From an uncultured Gemmatimonadaceae bacterium (GTDB taxonomy: Bacteria > Gemmatimonadota > Gemmatimonadetes > Gemmatimonadales > Gemmatimonadaceae): a stretch of DNA of 64,000 nucleotides. Location: NCBI GenBank assembly GCA_963781585.1, contig CAWAGQ010000011.1:128001-192000 (forward strand), in the 5' to 3' direction. The notes under the pieces are model-generated. The model was given only the letters and a program-made list of their open reading frames with translations, was not told the DNA's origin and searched no databases. Made by a program: the position numbers and the translations under genes. This document shows, piece after piece, positions 20,541 through 30,227 of the stretch; the stretch's first letter is position 1; the number at the start of each line of letters is the position of its first letter.

Positions 20541-21242
20541 TCAGGCGCCTCCGAGATAGATGATCTGTCCGGTGATGAAATCACTCGCCGGATCCACGAA
20601 GAAGTCCACCACGTGCGCCACATCCTCGTACCGGCCTGTCCGGCGCACCGGCAGTTGCGCCATGATGCGCTGGATCTTCTCGGACGGCACGCCGCGGATC
20701 AGATCGGTGTCGATCGGTGTCGGCGCCACCACGTTGCAGGTGATGCCCCAATCGGCGAGCTCGCGCGCGAGCACTTCGGTGAATGTCACCACCGCGCTCT
20801 TGGACGCCGCATACACCGCTTCGCCCGCCAGCCGCATCGGCGAGGCAATCGAGCCGAGGTTGACGATCCGGCCCCGCTTGCGCGGGCGCATCAGCTTGGC
20901 GGCCTCCCGGCAGATGAGAAACGTGCCGAGAAAGTTGGTGGCCATGATCTGTTCGGCCGACGAGAGCGGCGTGAGAAGCACGTGATTCATCGACGCGATG
21001 CCGGCGTTGTTGATCACCACGTCGAGCCGCCGGTGGCGCGACCCAATGGATACCATCATCGCCCGGACATCCTCCTCGTTGGTGACGTCCACGAGGTGAT
21101 GCGTGTAACGGTCGCCGGTCAGATCCGACGCCTGGCGGCTGCATCCCTCGACGATCGCCCCCTTCCCGAGGAAGTGCTCCGCGAGGTGACGCCCGATCCC
21201 CTTCCGCGCGCCGGTGATCAGAACGACGTCAGCGACCGCCAT
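20541..21242 (-). CDS. SDR oxidoreductase (FabG-like ketoacyl-ACP reductase)
   Basis: Motifs TGARKGIG, NNAG, YAASK, ITGQ. Confidence 0.92.
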   Translation of the reverse strand: MAVADVVLITGARKGIGRHLAEHFLGKGAIVEGCSRQASDLTGDRYTHHLVDVTNEEDVRAMMVSIGSRHRRLDVVINNAGIASMNHVLLTPLSSAEQIMATNFLGTFLICREAAKLMRPRKRGRIVNLGSIASPMRLAGEAVYAASKSAVVTFTEVLARELADWGITCNVVAPTPIDTDLIRGVPSEKIQRIMAQLPVRRTGRYEDVAHVVDFFVDPASDFITGQIIYLGGA

Positions 21243-21543
21243 GCGCGCCCGCCTCGTCGATCAGGGTCGCGACGTAGTCGGAGAAGGTGCCCACGGTGCG
21301 AAACGGGCTCTTCGCCTGCGACATTGCGCGTTCGTCCGCCAGAGTGACGTGTACCTCGTGCGCCTCGGCCAGCCGCTGTTCCACTTCCAGGATGAGACGT
21401 ACCAGTCCCAGCGAGTCGAGTACCGCGGCCCGCCCGAGCAGGCGGGTTTCATCGGTAAGGGGATCGGCCGGCAGCGCGTCCTGTTCCTCCAGCACGTCGT
21501 GCAGACATGCTGCCACCAGATCCCTGATTCCCGTTCTGTCCAT
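21229..21543 (-). CDS. Acyl carrier protein
   Basis: 104-aa acidic protein with the LDSLGLV phosphopantetheine site; RBS GAGGAG. Confidence 0.85.
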   Translation of the reverse strand: MDRTGIRDLVAACLHDVLEEQDALPADPLTDETRLLGRAAVLDSLGLVRLILEVEQRLAEAHEVHVTLADERAMSQAKSPFRTVGTFSDYVATLIDEAGAHGGR

Positions 21544-21551
21544 GGCTCCTC

Positions 21552-22487
21552 TCAGATCGTCGGTACTCCCGCAGACGCCAGTTCCTGCAGCAACGATGCC
21601 GTGGTGGTGAGTCGGAAGTGCTGCCGGGTGAGGTCGAGCATCTCCTGGCACCTCCGCCGTTTCGCCTCCCCCGGCGTCCCCGAGAGCGTGAACAGTCGCA
21701 TCTTCCACCCGGGCAGACGATCGGCGGGGAGGGGGTCGGCGAGGTCGATGAGGTGAAACAGCAGAACCAGCGGGCGGCCACGCCGGGCGGCGCGGCCCAG
21801 TCCCCAGCGAAAATACGGCATTCCCAGAAGGAGGCCGTACGACGGGTTGAACGGCACCGGCGACGGGCGGTGGTCCGGCAACGGAAGCTCGACCAGGGTG
21901 CTGCCCGCCACCGGCCGGTGCGGCCTGGCCAGCAGGTCCACCGGCACGCCGATCCGTCGGGAGAACGCGCGCGTCGGGAAGACCGACGAATCGTACTCGT
22001 AGCCGCACTCCGCCAGCAGCTCCAGCGATTCGCGATCGATCCGATACCCCGGCGCTCGAAAGCCGCGCACCCGCACGCCTAACGCGTTCTCGATCTGGTC
22101 GCGACTGGCCGCGATCTCCATTCGCTTGTCTTCGCGTCCCAGCCCGGTAAGGTAGGAGTGGGTCCGGGTGTGAGACGCGATCTCATGGCCGGCCCGGACC
22201 GCCGACGCCAGCAGTTCCCGGTGTACCGGCCTCTCCACCGACGACGTGATCGCGAACAGCGTGGCCCGAATGCGGTTGCGGTCCAGGAATTCCAGGAGGT
22301 GTCGCATCCCGCTTTCGAAGATCGGATCGCTGCCTCCGTCGAACGGATTGGGCACGCCATGGCCGCGGAAGATCTCCGCGGCGCCGTCGAGATCGACGTG
22401 GACCACCGCCGGAACCTCACTGCCGGGCCGTCCCGGCACCCCGGAATGATCCACTCGAGGCCGGGATGCCGACACCGCATCCGTCAC
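21552..22487 (-). CDS. Polysaccharide deacetylase (CE4-like)
   Basis: Motifs HVDLD, RATLF, GHEIASHTRTH, GFRAPG, YDSS, LFHLIDL. GTG start overlaps the upstream stop. Confidence 0.85.
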   Translation of the reverse strand: MTDAVSASRPRVDHSGVPGRPGSEVPAVVHVDLDGAAEIFRGHGVPNPFDGGSDPIFESGMRHLLEFLDRNRIRATLFAITSSVERPVHRELLASAVRAGHEIASHTRTHSYLTGLGREDKRMEIAASRDQIENALGVRVRGFRAPGYRIDRESLELLAECGYEYDSSVFPTRAFSRRIGVPVDLLARPHRPVAGSTLVELPLPDHRPSPVPFNPSYGLLLGMPYFRWGLGRAARRGRPLVLLFHLIDLADPLPADRLPGWKMRLFTLSGTPGEAKRRRCQEMLDLTRQHFRLTTTASLLQELASAGVPTI

Positions 22488-24397
22488 CGGACGGCCGCGA
22501 ACCCGGTGAGCGAATCGAGCAGCGCGTGCAGCCTGGCGGCTACCACCCGGCCGCTGTCGGTGGCCGCGAGGTTGTGTTGCTCGAGGGAATCGTGCTCGAA
22601 GTCGAACAGCTCGGCGTCTCCGTCGCGGCGGAAAACATACCGCCAGGGACCTTCGATGATGGCGTGAATGGGACCCGAGCTCACCGGATACCACGCCTGC
22701 ACATTCGCCGCGAAGTTCAGCTCGCTCAAGACCGGGCTGCCTGGCGAGGGTCGCGGTCGTTCCCCGCCGGGTGTCGCGGCGCCTGACGTCGCGACCGTTC
22801 CGGCGGAATCGCCGCCTTCGCGCCAGAGTCCGGCCAGCGAGCGTCCGGGGAAGGTCGTGTCGGCGCTGGCGCCGATCAGGTCGAGCACCGTACGCCCGAT
22901 CGCGCGAGTCGACACCGGGGTGGTGATCCGCCGATCCGAGGGAACCCGCGGACCGACGATAACGAGCGGCACCATCACGCTCGGTCGATACAGGCTGTTG
23001 CCGTGGCCGATGACGCCGTGCTCCCCGAACTCCTCGCCGTGGTCGGCGGTCACTACGACGATGGTGTTGGCAAGCGCCCCACGGCGATCCAGATCGTCGA
23101 ACAGATGGCCGAGCTCCGCATCGATGTACGCAATCGCTGCGTCGTAGGCATCGCGGCTCCCCCGCATTTCGGATGCGGTCCATGGCTGCCCCGGCTGGTG
23201 CCGGGGCTGCAGGTCGGAGAGAAATGGAATGCCGGGAGTGGAGAATCGCGCCTGGAACTGCGCCGGGCTCGTATACGGACGATGCGCGTCATAGAAGTTC
23301 AGGAAGGCGAAGAAGGGTCGCTGCGCCGCCTGCGCATCGCGGCCGTCGAGCCACGACACGAACAACTCGCGAATACTCTCCGCGTCACGTTCCTTCTCTT
23401 CCGTATCGAGCGACTGTCCCTGGAGGAGCCACTTGCCCAGTTGCCGCACGTGTCCGAGGAGCCCGGTCCGCAGGATGCGAGCCACCGAAACGTCGTAGCC
23501 CACGTAGTGCGCAAAGCCGCGCGCCAGTCCCGTCTCGGGCGAACAGTAGCGCACGTTGCCGACGAATCCGCCCGTGACGTAGCCACGAGCGCTCAGCGCT
23601 TCGGCCAGAGTGGGGAATTCGTCGTCGAGCGGGCGCTTCCAGTCTGCCGACAGCTCGTGAGGCCACCGACCGGTGAACATGCTTGCGTGCGACGGGAGCG
23701 TCCACGGCGCCGGCGATACGGCGCGCTCGAAGAGCACTCCACGCTGCGCCAGTCGCGACAGGGCCGGCGAGGTCGGACGCGGATACCCGTACAGGCCGAG
23801 GTCCCAGGCTCGAACCGTGTCGAGAATGATCAGCAGCACGTTTGGCGCGCCGGCCGCGCTCCCGCCCAGGCGTTCGATGTCGCGGCGCTCGCGCCAGCGC
23901 CGGCTGCCGGGCACCAGCACGACCGCGAGGATCGCCATCGCAATGGCCGGGATCAGCGTGATGCGGAGCAGGCGCATGAACGTCTGCTGATGTGCCTGGG
24001 CCCAGCGCGCGCCCTGGATCCCCGCGCCGGTCGCCAGCACGATCGATGCCGCCCAGTGAAGACGGGGCAACAACAGCAGCGGGTTGAGAATGCACAGCGC
24101 GAACTCGATTCCCAGCAGCACCGGCCAGTAGAATCGAGAGGGGCGCACGCGGCTGGCGATGGCGAACACCACCGCCGGCACCAGGAGTGCGAGCACCGCC
24201 GCGGCCGGCTCGATCCAGACCGCATCGATGGGCGTGAAGACCAGCCCCAGACGTTCCTTCCGCACAGCGAAGATGAGCAGTCTGGCGGCGGCTGCGATGA
24301 GACCGCACCACAGCGCGAGAGCGAGATACCAGCCTGGCCGGTCGCGTTGCGTGCCGCGCGCGAACGGCTGCACGCCTGCGCTCTCGGACGAATTCAT
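22484..24397 (-). CDS. Membrane-anchored sulfatase-fold (alkaline phosphatase superfamily) protein
   Basis: Several N-terminal TM helices, then PNVLLIILDTVRA, WTLPSHASMFTG, YDAHRPY and TADHGEEFGEHG. Confidence 0.85.
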   Translation of the reverse strand: MNSSESAGVQPFARGTQRDRPGWYLALALWCGLIAAAARLLIFAVRKERLGLVFTPIDAVWIEPAAAVLALLVPAVVFAIASRVRPSRFYWPVLLGIEFALCILNPLLLLPRLHWAASIVLATGAGIQGARWAQAHQQTFMRLLRITLIPAIAMAILAVVLVPGSRRWRERRDIERLGGSAAGAPNVLLIILDTVRAWDLGLYGYPRPTSPALSRLAQRGVLFERAVSPAPWTLPSHASMFTGRWPHELSADWKRPLDDEFPTLAEALSARGYVTGGFVGNVRYCSPETGLARGFAHYVGYDVSVARILRTGLLGHVRQLGKWLLQGQSLDTEEKERDAESIRELFVSWLDGRDAQAAQRPFFAFLNFYDAHRPYTSPAQFQARFSTPGIPFLSDLQPRHQPGQPWTASEMRGSRDAYDAAIAYIDAELGHLFDDLDRRGALANTIVVVTADHGEEFGEHGVIGHGNSLYRPSVMVPLVIVGPRVPSDRRITTPVSTRAIGRTVLDLIGASADTTFPGRSLAGLWREGGDSAGTVATSGAATPGGERPRPSPGSPVLSELNFAANVQAWYPVSSGPIHAIIEGPWRYVFRRDGDAELFDFEHDSLEQHNLAATDSGRVVAARLHALLDSLTGFAAVR

Positions 24398-24496
24398 CGA
24401 TTGCTGGTGGAGCCGTGTCGCACCACGGCGGGCCTCTCGGGAGTACAGGAACGCTCAGTACGGTAAGCAATCGCTGGCGCGTTGGATACTGCCGGA

Positions 24497-24780
24497 CTAC
24501 CCAGCGCGCTTCCCGGATGGTGGCGGCTGCAGCCGGGTGAGCACGTCCAGCATCCCCGGAGACAGATCGGTGTGGTGATGGGTCATCTTCCACCCTCCGG
24601 CTTCCCGCTTGTACACATTCGTCACGCGATGCTCGATGGAGAGCCGATGCCCGGCGAGCGTGAACTGTGCGGCCTCGACGCCGATTTCGTACGCCATGTC
24701 GCCGGTGACATCGATGAGCTGATCCTTCAGCTGGATCTTTCCGTCCGACGCCAGTTGAGCGACCTGGTCGAACGATGCCT
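24497..24780 (-). pseudogene. 5'-truncated NTF2/SnoaL-like (DUF4440-type) gene fragment
   Basis: The C-terminal half looks authentic (GDMAYEIGVE...RVTNVYKREAGGWKMTHHH). The upstream in-frame sequence does not resemble the expected N-terminal half. Confidence 0.6.
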
Positions 24781-25003
24781 TGCCGGCTCGATCGCCGCTC
24801 TGGGGACTGGCTGCTCCAGGAGGCGGCGCTACCAATCCACCACAGTTCGTCAGGGATCGACGGACACGTAAATGGACCGCCCCTGCACCACGCGTCACCG
24901 GGCGAAACGGCGGCGGGTTGCCGACCGTTGTAGATACGCAGACCACCGAGGCCCGAATCCCGTTTCCCACCCGGGCTCCGACAACGTGCTGACGGGAGAA
25001 CGC

Positions 25004-27421
25004 ATGCCCGACTTGCGCTTCAGCATCCGAATGGCCGTGCGTGCCCTGCGTGCCGCACCGCTGGTTTCACTGCTCGCCATCTTCTGCATCGGACTGGGCA
25101 TCGGCGCGGTCACCACGGTCTACAGCACCGCGTCCGCGTTCACGTTTCATCCGTTGCCACAGCTCGCCGACCCGGACCGACTGCTCATCGTGGGCGACGC
25201 TCCGGCCAAGTCGCCCACCGCCAACTCGACGATCGCCGCAGGCACGTTCACGGACCTGGCGTCGCTCGGGGAATTCACCGTCGTCGCCGCGCTGACCGAC
25301 TTCACCGCCAACATCGCCGGTGACGATCTTCCTGAGCGCGCCAGCGGAGTGCGGGTCAGCGCCGGCTTCTTCCGACTGACCGGTCGCTTGCCGATGCTCG
25401 GACGCGCCTTCCTCCCGGAAGAGAACGAGCCGGGGGCCGATCGCGTCGTGATCCTCTCGCACGGCCTCTGGCAGCGCCGCTTCGGGGGCGACCCCGCCAT
25501 CGTGGATCGCACCGTCCGCATCAACGGCGAAGCCTGGAAGGTCGTCGGAGTGATGCCCGAAGACTTCGTCTTCCCAGCCGGCACGCAGCTCTGGGTCCCG
25601 CTCGCGCTCTCGCCGGTGGAGGCGGCCGATCGCGGAGACCGGAACCTCTTCACGATGGGTCGGCTCGCTGCCGGTGTGAGCGAAGAGGGCGCCGCGCTGG
25701 CAGTCCGCTCCCTCGGCTCGCGTCTGGCCGCGACCTGGCCCGACGCGTACAAGGACCGCGTCCTCTCCGCGCAACGCGCCGAAGCGATCTTCGGTGAAGG
25801 ACCGCGTCCGTTCATGATGGTGCTGATCGGTGCGGTGGTGTTCCAGTTGCTGATCGCGTGCGCCAACGTCGCGAACCTGCTGCTGGCGCGCGCTACGGGC
25901 CGGCGGCGCGAAACGGGTGTGCGGATCGCCCTCGGCGCGTCTCGCGGCCGACTGGTGGGACAACACCTCACCGAGAGCCTGCTGCTCGCACTGGCCGGCG
26001 GCGCCCTCGGAGTGCTGCTGGCCTGGTGGGGCGTCAGGGCCACCGCGGCGACGGTGCCCGTCGAAGTGCAGCAGTACATCCCGGGATTCGGTGCGATCCA
26101 CCTGGATGCGCGCGCCCTGGTGGTGGCGGCCACGGTGTCCATGTTGTCCGGCGTTCTGTTCGGGATCGTCCCGGCGCTGGCCGGCTCCAACGTCGACGTG
26201 GTCGCGTCCCTCAAGGATGGGGGACGCGGTGAGTCGCGCCGCTCCGCGCTGCGGCGGCTCCGGTCGAGCCTGGTGGTGGGAGAGATCGCGATGGCGCTGA
26301 TCCTGGTCGCCGGCGCCGCCCTCATGGTATCCACGTTTCGCCGGTTGTCGGTGGCCTACCCGGGTTTCCGCACCGAGCATGTTCTCACCGCCGCGGTGAC
26401 GCTTCCACAACGCGACTATCCTGACGACAGCGCAGTCGTGCGGTTCTGGGATCGCCTGCGTGTTGCGACCGCATCGCTCCCCGGTGTGGAAGCGGCCGAA
26501 CTGACTACCGTCCTGCCGATGTCCTGGAATGACCAGCGGGCGCAGTTCTACGTCGAGCACGAGCGCCCCCAGCGGTTGGAGGACGTTCCGTCATCCGGCA
26601 TCCGGCGCGTGTCGGCGGGCTTCCTCCGGGCTCTCGACGTAACCCTGGTTCACGGCCGACTGTTCGAGTCCACTGATGCGCAGGATGCCCCGGGTGTCGC
26701 GATTCTCTCGGAGCGGGCGGCGAGACGCTACTTTCCCGGCGGCGACGCCGTGGGCCGGCGGCTGGTGTGGCGCGAGCGGCCGTTGGAAGTGGTTGGCATC
26801 GTGCACGACGTGCGCGCCAACCCGCTCATGTCCAAGGAGCCGCTCGACGTCGTGTACGTGCCGCTGGCGCAGTGGGTATCCCGCACCGCGTCCCTTGTCA
26901 TTCGTTCCCGGCAGGAGCCTGCTTCGCTCGCCCCTGCGCTTCAGGCGGCCATCGGTCGGCTCGATCCACGGCTCGCGGCCGGCGATGTCGCTCCCATGGA
27001 GCGCGTGATCGCCTCGGCAACGTCCCCGCAGTCCGCAACGGCGCGGATGCTGATGACGTCGGCGCTCATTGCCCTCGTCATGGCGGCGGTCGGAACCTAC
27101 GGCGTGATGTCGTACGTCGTGGGACGCCGCGCTCACGAAATGGGAATCCGGGTGGCCCTCGGCGCCACGCACGGCAGCGTGGTCCGTCTGGTTGTCGGCA
27201 GCGTCGCGCGCCTTACCGGGGTTGGGGTGGTGTTCGGCCTGCTGGGGTCGCTGGCGCTCGGTCGCGGGATGCAGGCCATTCTGTTCGATACCAGCCCGTC
27301 AGACCCACTGGTGCTCAGCGGCGCCGCGCTGCTGCTCGGGATGATCGCGGTTTCCGCGGGGTACTTTCCCGCCCGTCGCGCCGCCACGGTCAACCCGCTG
27401 GTCGCGCTGCGCGGCGATTGA
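25004..27421 (+). CDS. Duplicated-domain orphan ABC permease (MacB/FtsX, ADOP-like)
   Basis: DLRFSIR start, LIACANVANLLLAR, RRAHEMGIRVALGA, PARRAATVNPLVALR. No adjacent ATPase gene. Confidence 0.92.
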   Translation: MPDLRFSIRMAVRALRAAPLVSLLAIFCIGLGIGAVTTVYSTASAFTFHPLPQLADPDRLLIVGDAPAKSPTANSTIAAGTFTDLASLGEFTVVAALTDFTANIAGDDLPERASGVRVSAGFFRLTGRLPMLGRAFLPEENEPGADRVVILSHGLWQRRFGGDPAIVDRTVRINGEAWKVVGVMPEDFVFPAGTQLWVPLALSPVEAADRGDRNLFTMGRLAAGVSEEGAALAVRSLGSRLAATWPDAYKDRVLSAQRAEAIFGEGPRPFMMVLIGAVVFQLLIACANVANLLLARATGRRRETGVRIALGASRGRLVGQHLTESLLLALAGGALGVLLAWWGVRATAATVPVEVQQYIPGFGAIHLDARALVVAATVSMLSGVLFGIVPALAGSNVDVVASLKDGGRGESRRSALRRLRSSLVVGEIAMALILVAGAALMVSTFRRLSVAYPGFRTEHVLTAAVTLPQRDYPDDSAVVRFWDRLRVATASLPGVEAAELTTVLPMSWNDQRAQFYVEHERPQRLEDVPSSGIRRVSAGFLRALDVTLVHGRLFESTDAQDAPGVAILSERAARRYFPGGDAVGRRLVWRERPLEVVGIVHDVRANPLMSKEPLDVVYVPLAQWVSRTASLVIRSRQEPASLAPALQAAIGRLDPRLAAGDVAPMERVIASATSPQSATARMLMTSALIALVMAAVGTYGVMSYVVGRRAHEMGIRVALGATHGSVVRLVVGSVARLTGVGVVFGLLGSLALGRGMQAILFDTSPSDPLVLSGAALLLGMIAVSAGYFPARRAATVNPLVALRGD

Positions 27422-27634
27422 GTGATCGGCTCGGCTCGGCTCATGCTCTCGCTTCGCGGTGGCCGTCCCTCGATTTGGTGAGCGCCACGACGGAGCTGGT
27501 CCGCGAAGGAAAGGTCCGCTTCCGGCGAGGCGATGATGGCGATGCTGGACCGGTAGCCCGCGCTGCAGGCGCGGTGATGCCCGCAGATGCCTAACGCCTA
27601 TTTTGTGGTTTTTTTTGTGGCGGCGGCTTCGCGG

Positions 27635-28012
27635 TCACTCCTTGTTCGGCGGCGTCATGAGGATGACGCCCTTCCCGCCATCAGGATCCAGGCAGTCCCC
27701 CTGGTAGCTCCGGTCCTGGCGCAGCATGAGCGTGCAGTTCACGACCGGACCCGGCGTGAACTTGAAAGTGATCCGATCCGCCAGGATTCTGATATCGCTC
27801 AGCAGCTGCGAGCCCATCGGTCCGGCGTTCATCGTGATCTTCGTCGAGTCGCCGCTGGCCGCCACGTCGAACGTGACCTGGAGCACCGCGCCGTTCGGCG
27901 GCGTCACCGTACCGGTCCACTGGCCGGTCTCGAGCTTCTGCGCCGCGACCGCTGCAGGCGCGAGCAGCAGGATCACGCACGGCAGCAGGAACGACTTCGA
28001 TCGACGGGGCAT
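27635..28012 (-). CDS. Small secreted hypothetical beta-rich protein
   Basis: RBS AGGAG, signal peptide ending AVAAQ, GQWTGTV and a Cys pair. Confidence 0.7.
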   Translation of the reverse strand: MPRRSKSFLLPCVILLLAPAAVAAQKLETGQWTGTVTPPNGAVLQVTFDVAASGDSTKITMNAGPMGSQLLSDIRILADRITFKFTPGPVVNCTLMLRQDRSYQGDCLDPDGGKGVILMTPPNKE

Positions 28013-28229
28013 GTCGGTCTCCTGGAGGGGGGTGTCCAGCGTAAGCGATGGCTCAACGACCCGGGCAATCGGGTCTTCGGCAGCCCGGAGGGTGTGGTCA
28101 TGTCGGCATTTGTGTTGCGACGATCTCCATCGTCCGGAGTTTCCGGCCGGCGGAATGACAAAGCGTCAGGAGGGCAGCTTCGGCCGGTCGAGACGGACGA
28201 CGCGAATGTGGCTGGACCAGCAGTCTGTC

Positions 28230-29087
28230 TCACATCGGATGCCGTGACAGGAAACCGGCAATCGCCCGAGCTGTCGCCGCGGGGGCCTCGATAGGGAACA
28301 TGTGTGTCTGCCCGGGGAATTCAACGAATTCCATCTCCGGCCACCATGCGGTGGCCGAGTCGACGGTTGCGGCGCGTTCCTGCGAGATGTAGAGGATCGG
28401 CGCGGTGATGCGCCGCGCCCGCGCTGCGTCGAGCTTCCACGCTCCCAATGCGATCCACTCGACCGTGTTGAATCGACGTTCGTCAGTTCTGGCCTGCTGA
28501 AGGGCGCCGGGCAGCTGTGCGTCCAATAGTCCTCTCAGACCCGGGGCGCCCTTGTTCAGCAGGAATGCCTCCACGCTGTCGGCTCCGCCGGTCCGTGGCC
28601 GGAGTGACCGCGCTTGCGCGAAGCCGAGCGGCGGGTCGAGCAGGACAAGCGTCTGGACCATATCCGGAAACGCAGCGGCCATCTCAATGGCCACGATTCC
28701 GCCGGACGAGTGGCTAATGACGTGGGCGCGGGCAATTCCAAGGTGCCGGAGGAGCGCGGCCGCATCGGCCGCGTCCTGCGCCACGCTGAACGAGTCACCG
28801 GCGGCCGAGCTGCCAGCGTACCCTCGCCTGTGCACGCGGATCAGGCGGTAACCAGACAAGGCCGGTTCGTCGCTGAGCGGACGCAACAAGTCCGCGATGA
28901 GCGCCCCATGAATGAGAAGCACGGCTTCACCATGACCTCGTACTTCGTACTCGAGTCGACCGCCTGGCACGGGGGCGTATTGAAGGCCTGTGGCAGGCTG
29001 TTGTCCGACGGCCGAACCGACCGACATGAGTCCGATGGCGACCATCGCCAGGCAGACATCGCGGATAGCAAGGCGATTCCAGCTCAT
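28230..29087 (-). CDS. Secreted alpha/beta hydrolase
   Basis: Motifs LLIHG, RRGYAGS, nucleophile elbow SHSSGG, THMF; RBS AGGAGG. Confidence 0.88.
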   Translation of the reverse strand: MSWNRLAIRDVCLAMVAIGLMSVGSAVGQQPATGLQYAPVPGGRLEYEVRGHGEAVLLIHGALIADLLRPLSDEPALSGYRLIRVHRRGYAGSSAAGDSFSVAQDAADAAALLRHLGIARAHVISHSSGGIVAIEMAAAFPDMVQTLVLLDPPLGFAQARSLRPRTGGADSVEAFLLNKGAPGLRGLLDAQLPGALQQARTDERRFNTVEWIALGAWKLDAARARRITAPILYISQERAATVDSATAWWPEMEFVEFPGQTHMFPIEAPAATARAIAGFLSRHPM

Positions 29088-29112
29088 CGCTTGGTGCCTC
29101 CTGATTCAGGTC

Positions 29113-29274
29113 GCCTAACGTCGTGCGCTTCTGCTGCGGCGACCTATTGGAGCAAAGGCTATTCTATTGCTGTACGACCGCCCGCAGCAAGCGCACGCCG
29201 CTCACGTTTGAGCCCGTTGCCGGTCCTGACGACCACCTGACTCCGGCGGGCCAACGAATCGGGTTGTGCTGCGG
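29113..29274 (-). mobile_element. Degenerate attC-like recombination-site remnants
   Basis: Minus-strand GTTAGGC core sits just upstream of the hydrolase RBS. Imperfect inverted arms at 29122-29139 and 29182-29197. A second related half-site lies at 29249-29274. Confidence 0.45.
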
Positions 29275-29594
29275 GCCGCCACCTGGCCGCCTGGTTGAGC
29301 CGATAGTCGCTGGCGACGTCTCACTCCACGGTACTTCACTACGCCGTATTCCGTGATCACCAACTCTACTTGCCCATCGGGCAAGCGGCGGAATGCGGCC
29401 CGCCAGTCGCGGTAGAACGGAGGCACGCAGGATCCGTCTGTTTGCTTCAACATGCGCGCGCCGAACATGAATGGCTGGCCGGCCTTCTCCGAAACAATGG
29501 CGACACGTTGCCGTGTGTCCGGATCGACATCCCCGCCGAGCAATGGCAGCCACTCATCACGAGAGACCGGGTCTGCTCAATGCCTGGGACAAGG

Positions 29595-30227
29595 TCAGCC
29601 GCGCGTCATCCGCCGCTGCACGTGCTTCAACCGCAGATGCTCCTCCCGCTCCCGTTCCTCCAGCGTCTGCTTGAGGTTCAGAATCTGCGCGTTGAGCTGC
29701 GGCGCCACGCGCTGCTCCAGCGTCCGCACCCGCCGCGAGCACGACGCCACCGCTTCGCCGATCCGGCGGATGCGCTGCTCCGCCGCCGCCGCGTCGAGCA
29801 ACAACTCCGCCAGCGACTCGAACCGCGACGCGGTCCGCGAGGTCGTGGGTCCGGTGGTTCCGGGCGCCACCCCCCGCGCGTCGAGCGTTCGTTTCAGCGG
29901 AGGACGCTCGGCGATGTCGGAGACGCTGATCCCCCACACCTGCTCCGGCACCACGCGCAGCGCGATCGTGCGCGGCGGCCACGCCAGCGCGCGCAGCTCC
30001 GCGCGTCCATGTGCCGCGAACGCACCCAGCAGCCCGGCGTACGCCTCCGAAAAACCGTCGGCGATTCGCGCGCGCATGTCCACCGCCGGGCGCGCGAGAT
30101 GGAACAGCTCCCGCACCAGCGCCTCGCGCTGCCGCCGCAGCAGCACCGTCCCCTTGTCCACCTGCGCGAGCTGACGCCGCACGCGCAGCAGATTCACGCG
30201 GGTCGCGGCAAGACGCACGGCGTTCAT
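29595..30227 (-). CDS. V/A-type ATP synthase subunit D
   Basis: ATRVNLL...G..LLRRQREAL and RRVRTLEQ...LEEREREE..RLK. Confidence 0.9.
   Translation of the reverse strand: MNAVRLAATRVNLLRVRRQLAQVDKGTVLLRRQREALVRELFHLARPAVDMRARIADGFSEAYAGLLGAFAAHGRAELRALAWPPRTIALRVVPEQVWGISVSDIAERPPLKRTLDARGVAPGTTGPTTSRTASRFESLAELLLDAAAAEQRIRRIGEAVASCSRRVRTLEQRVAPQLNAQILNLKQTLEEREREEHLRLKHVQRRMTRG

Noticed and set aside
16540..29594. Integrative island at tRNA-Arg
   Set aside because: No integrase in the window, and I did not see a duplicated tRNA 3' end by eye.
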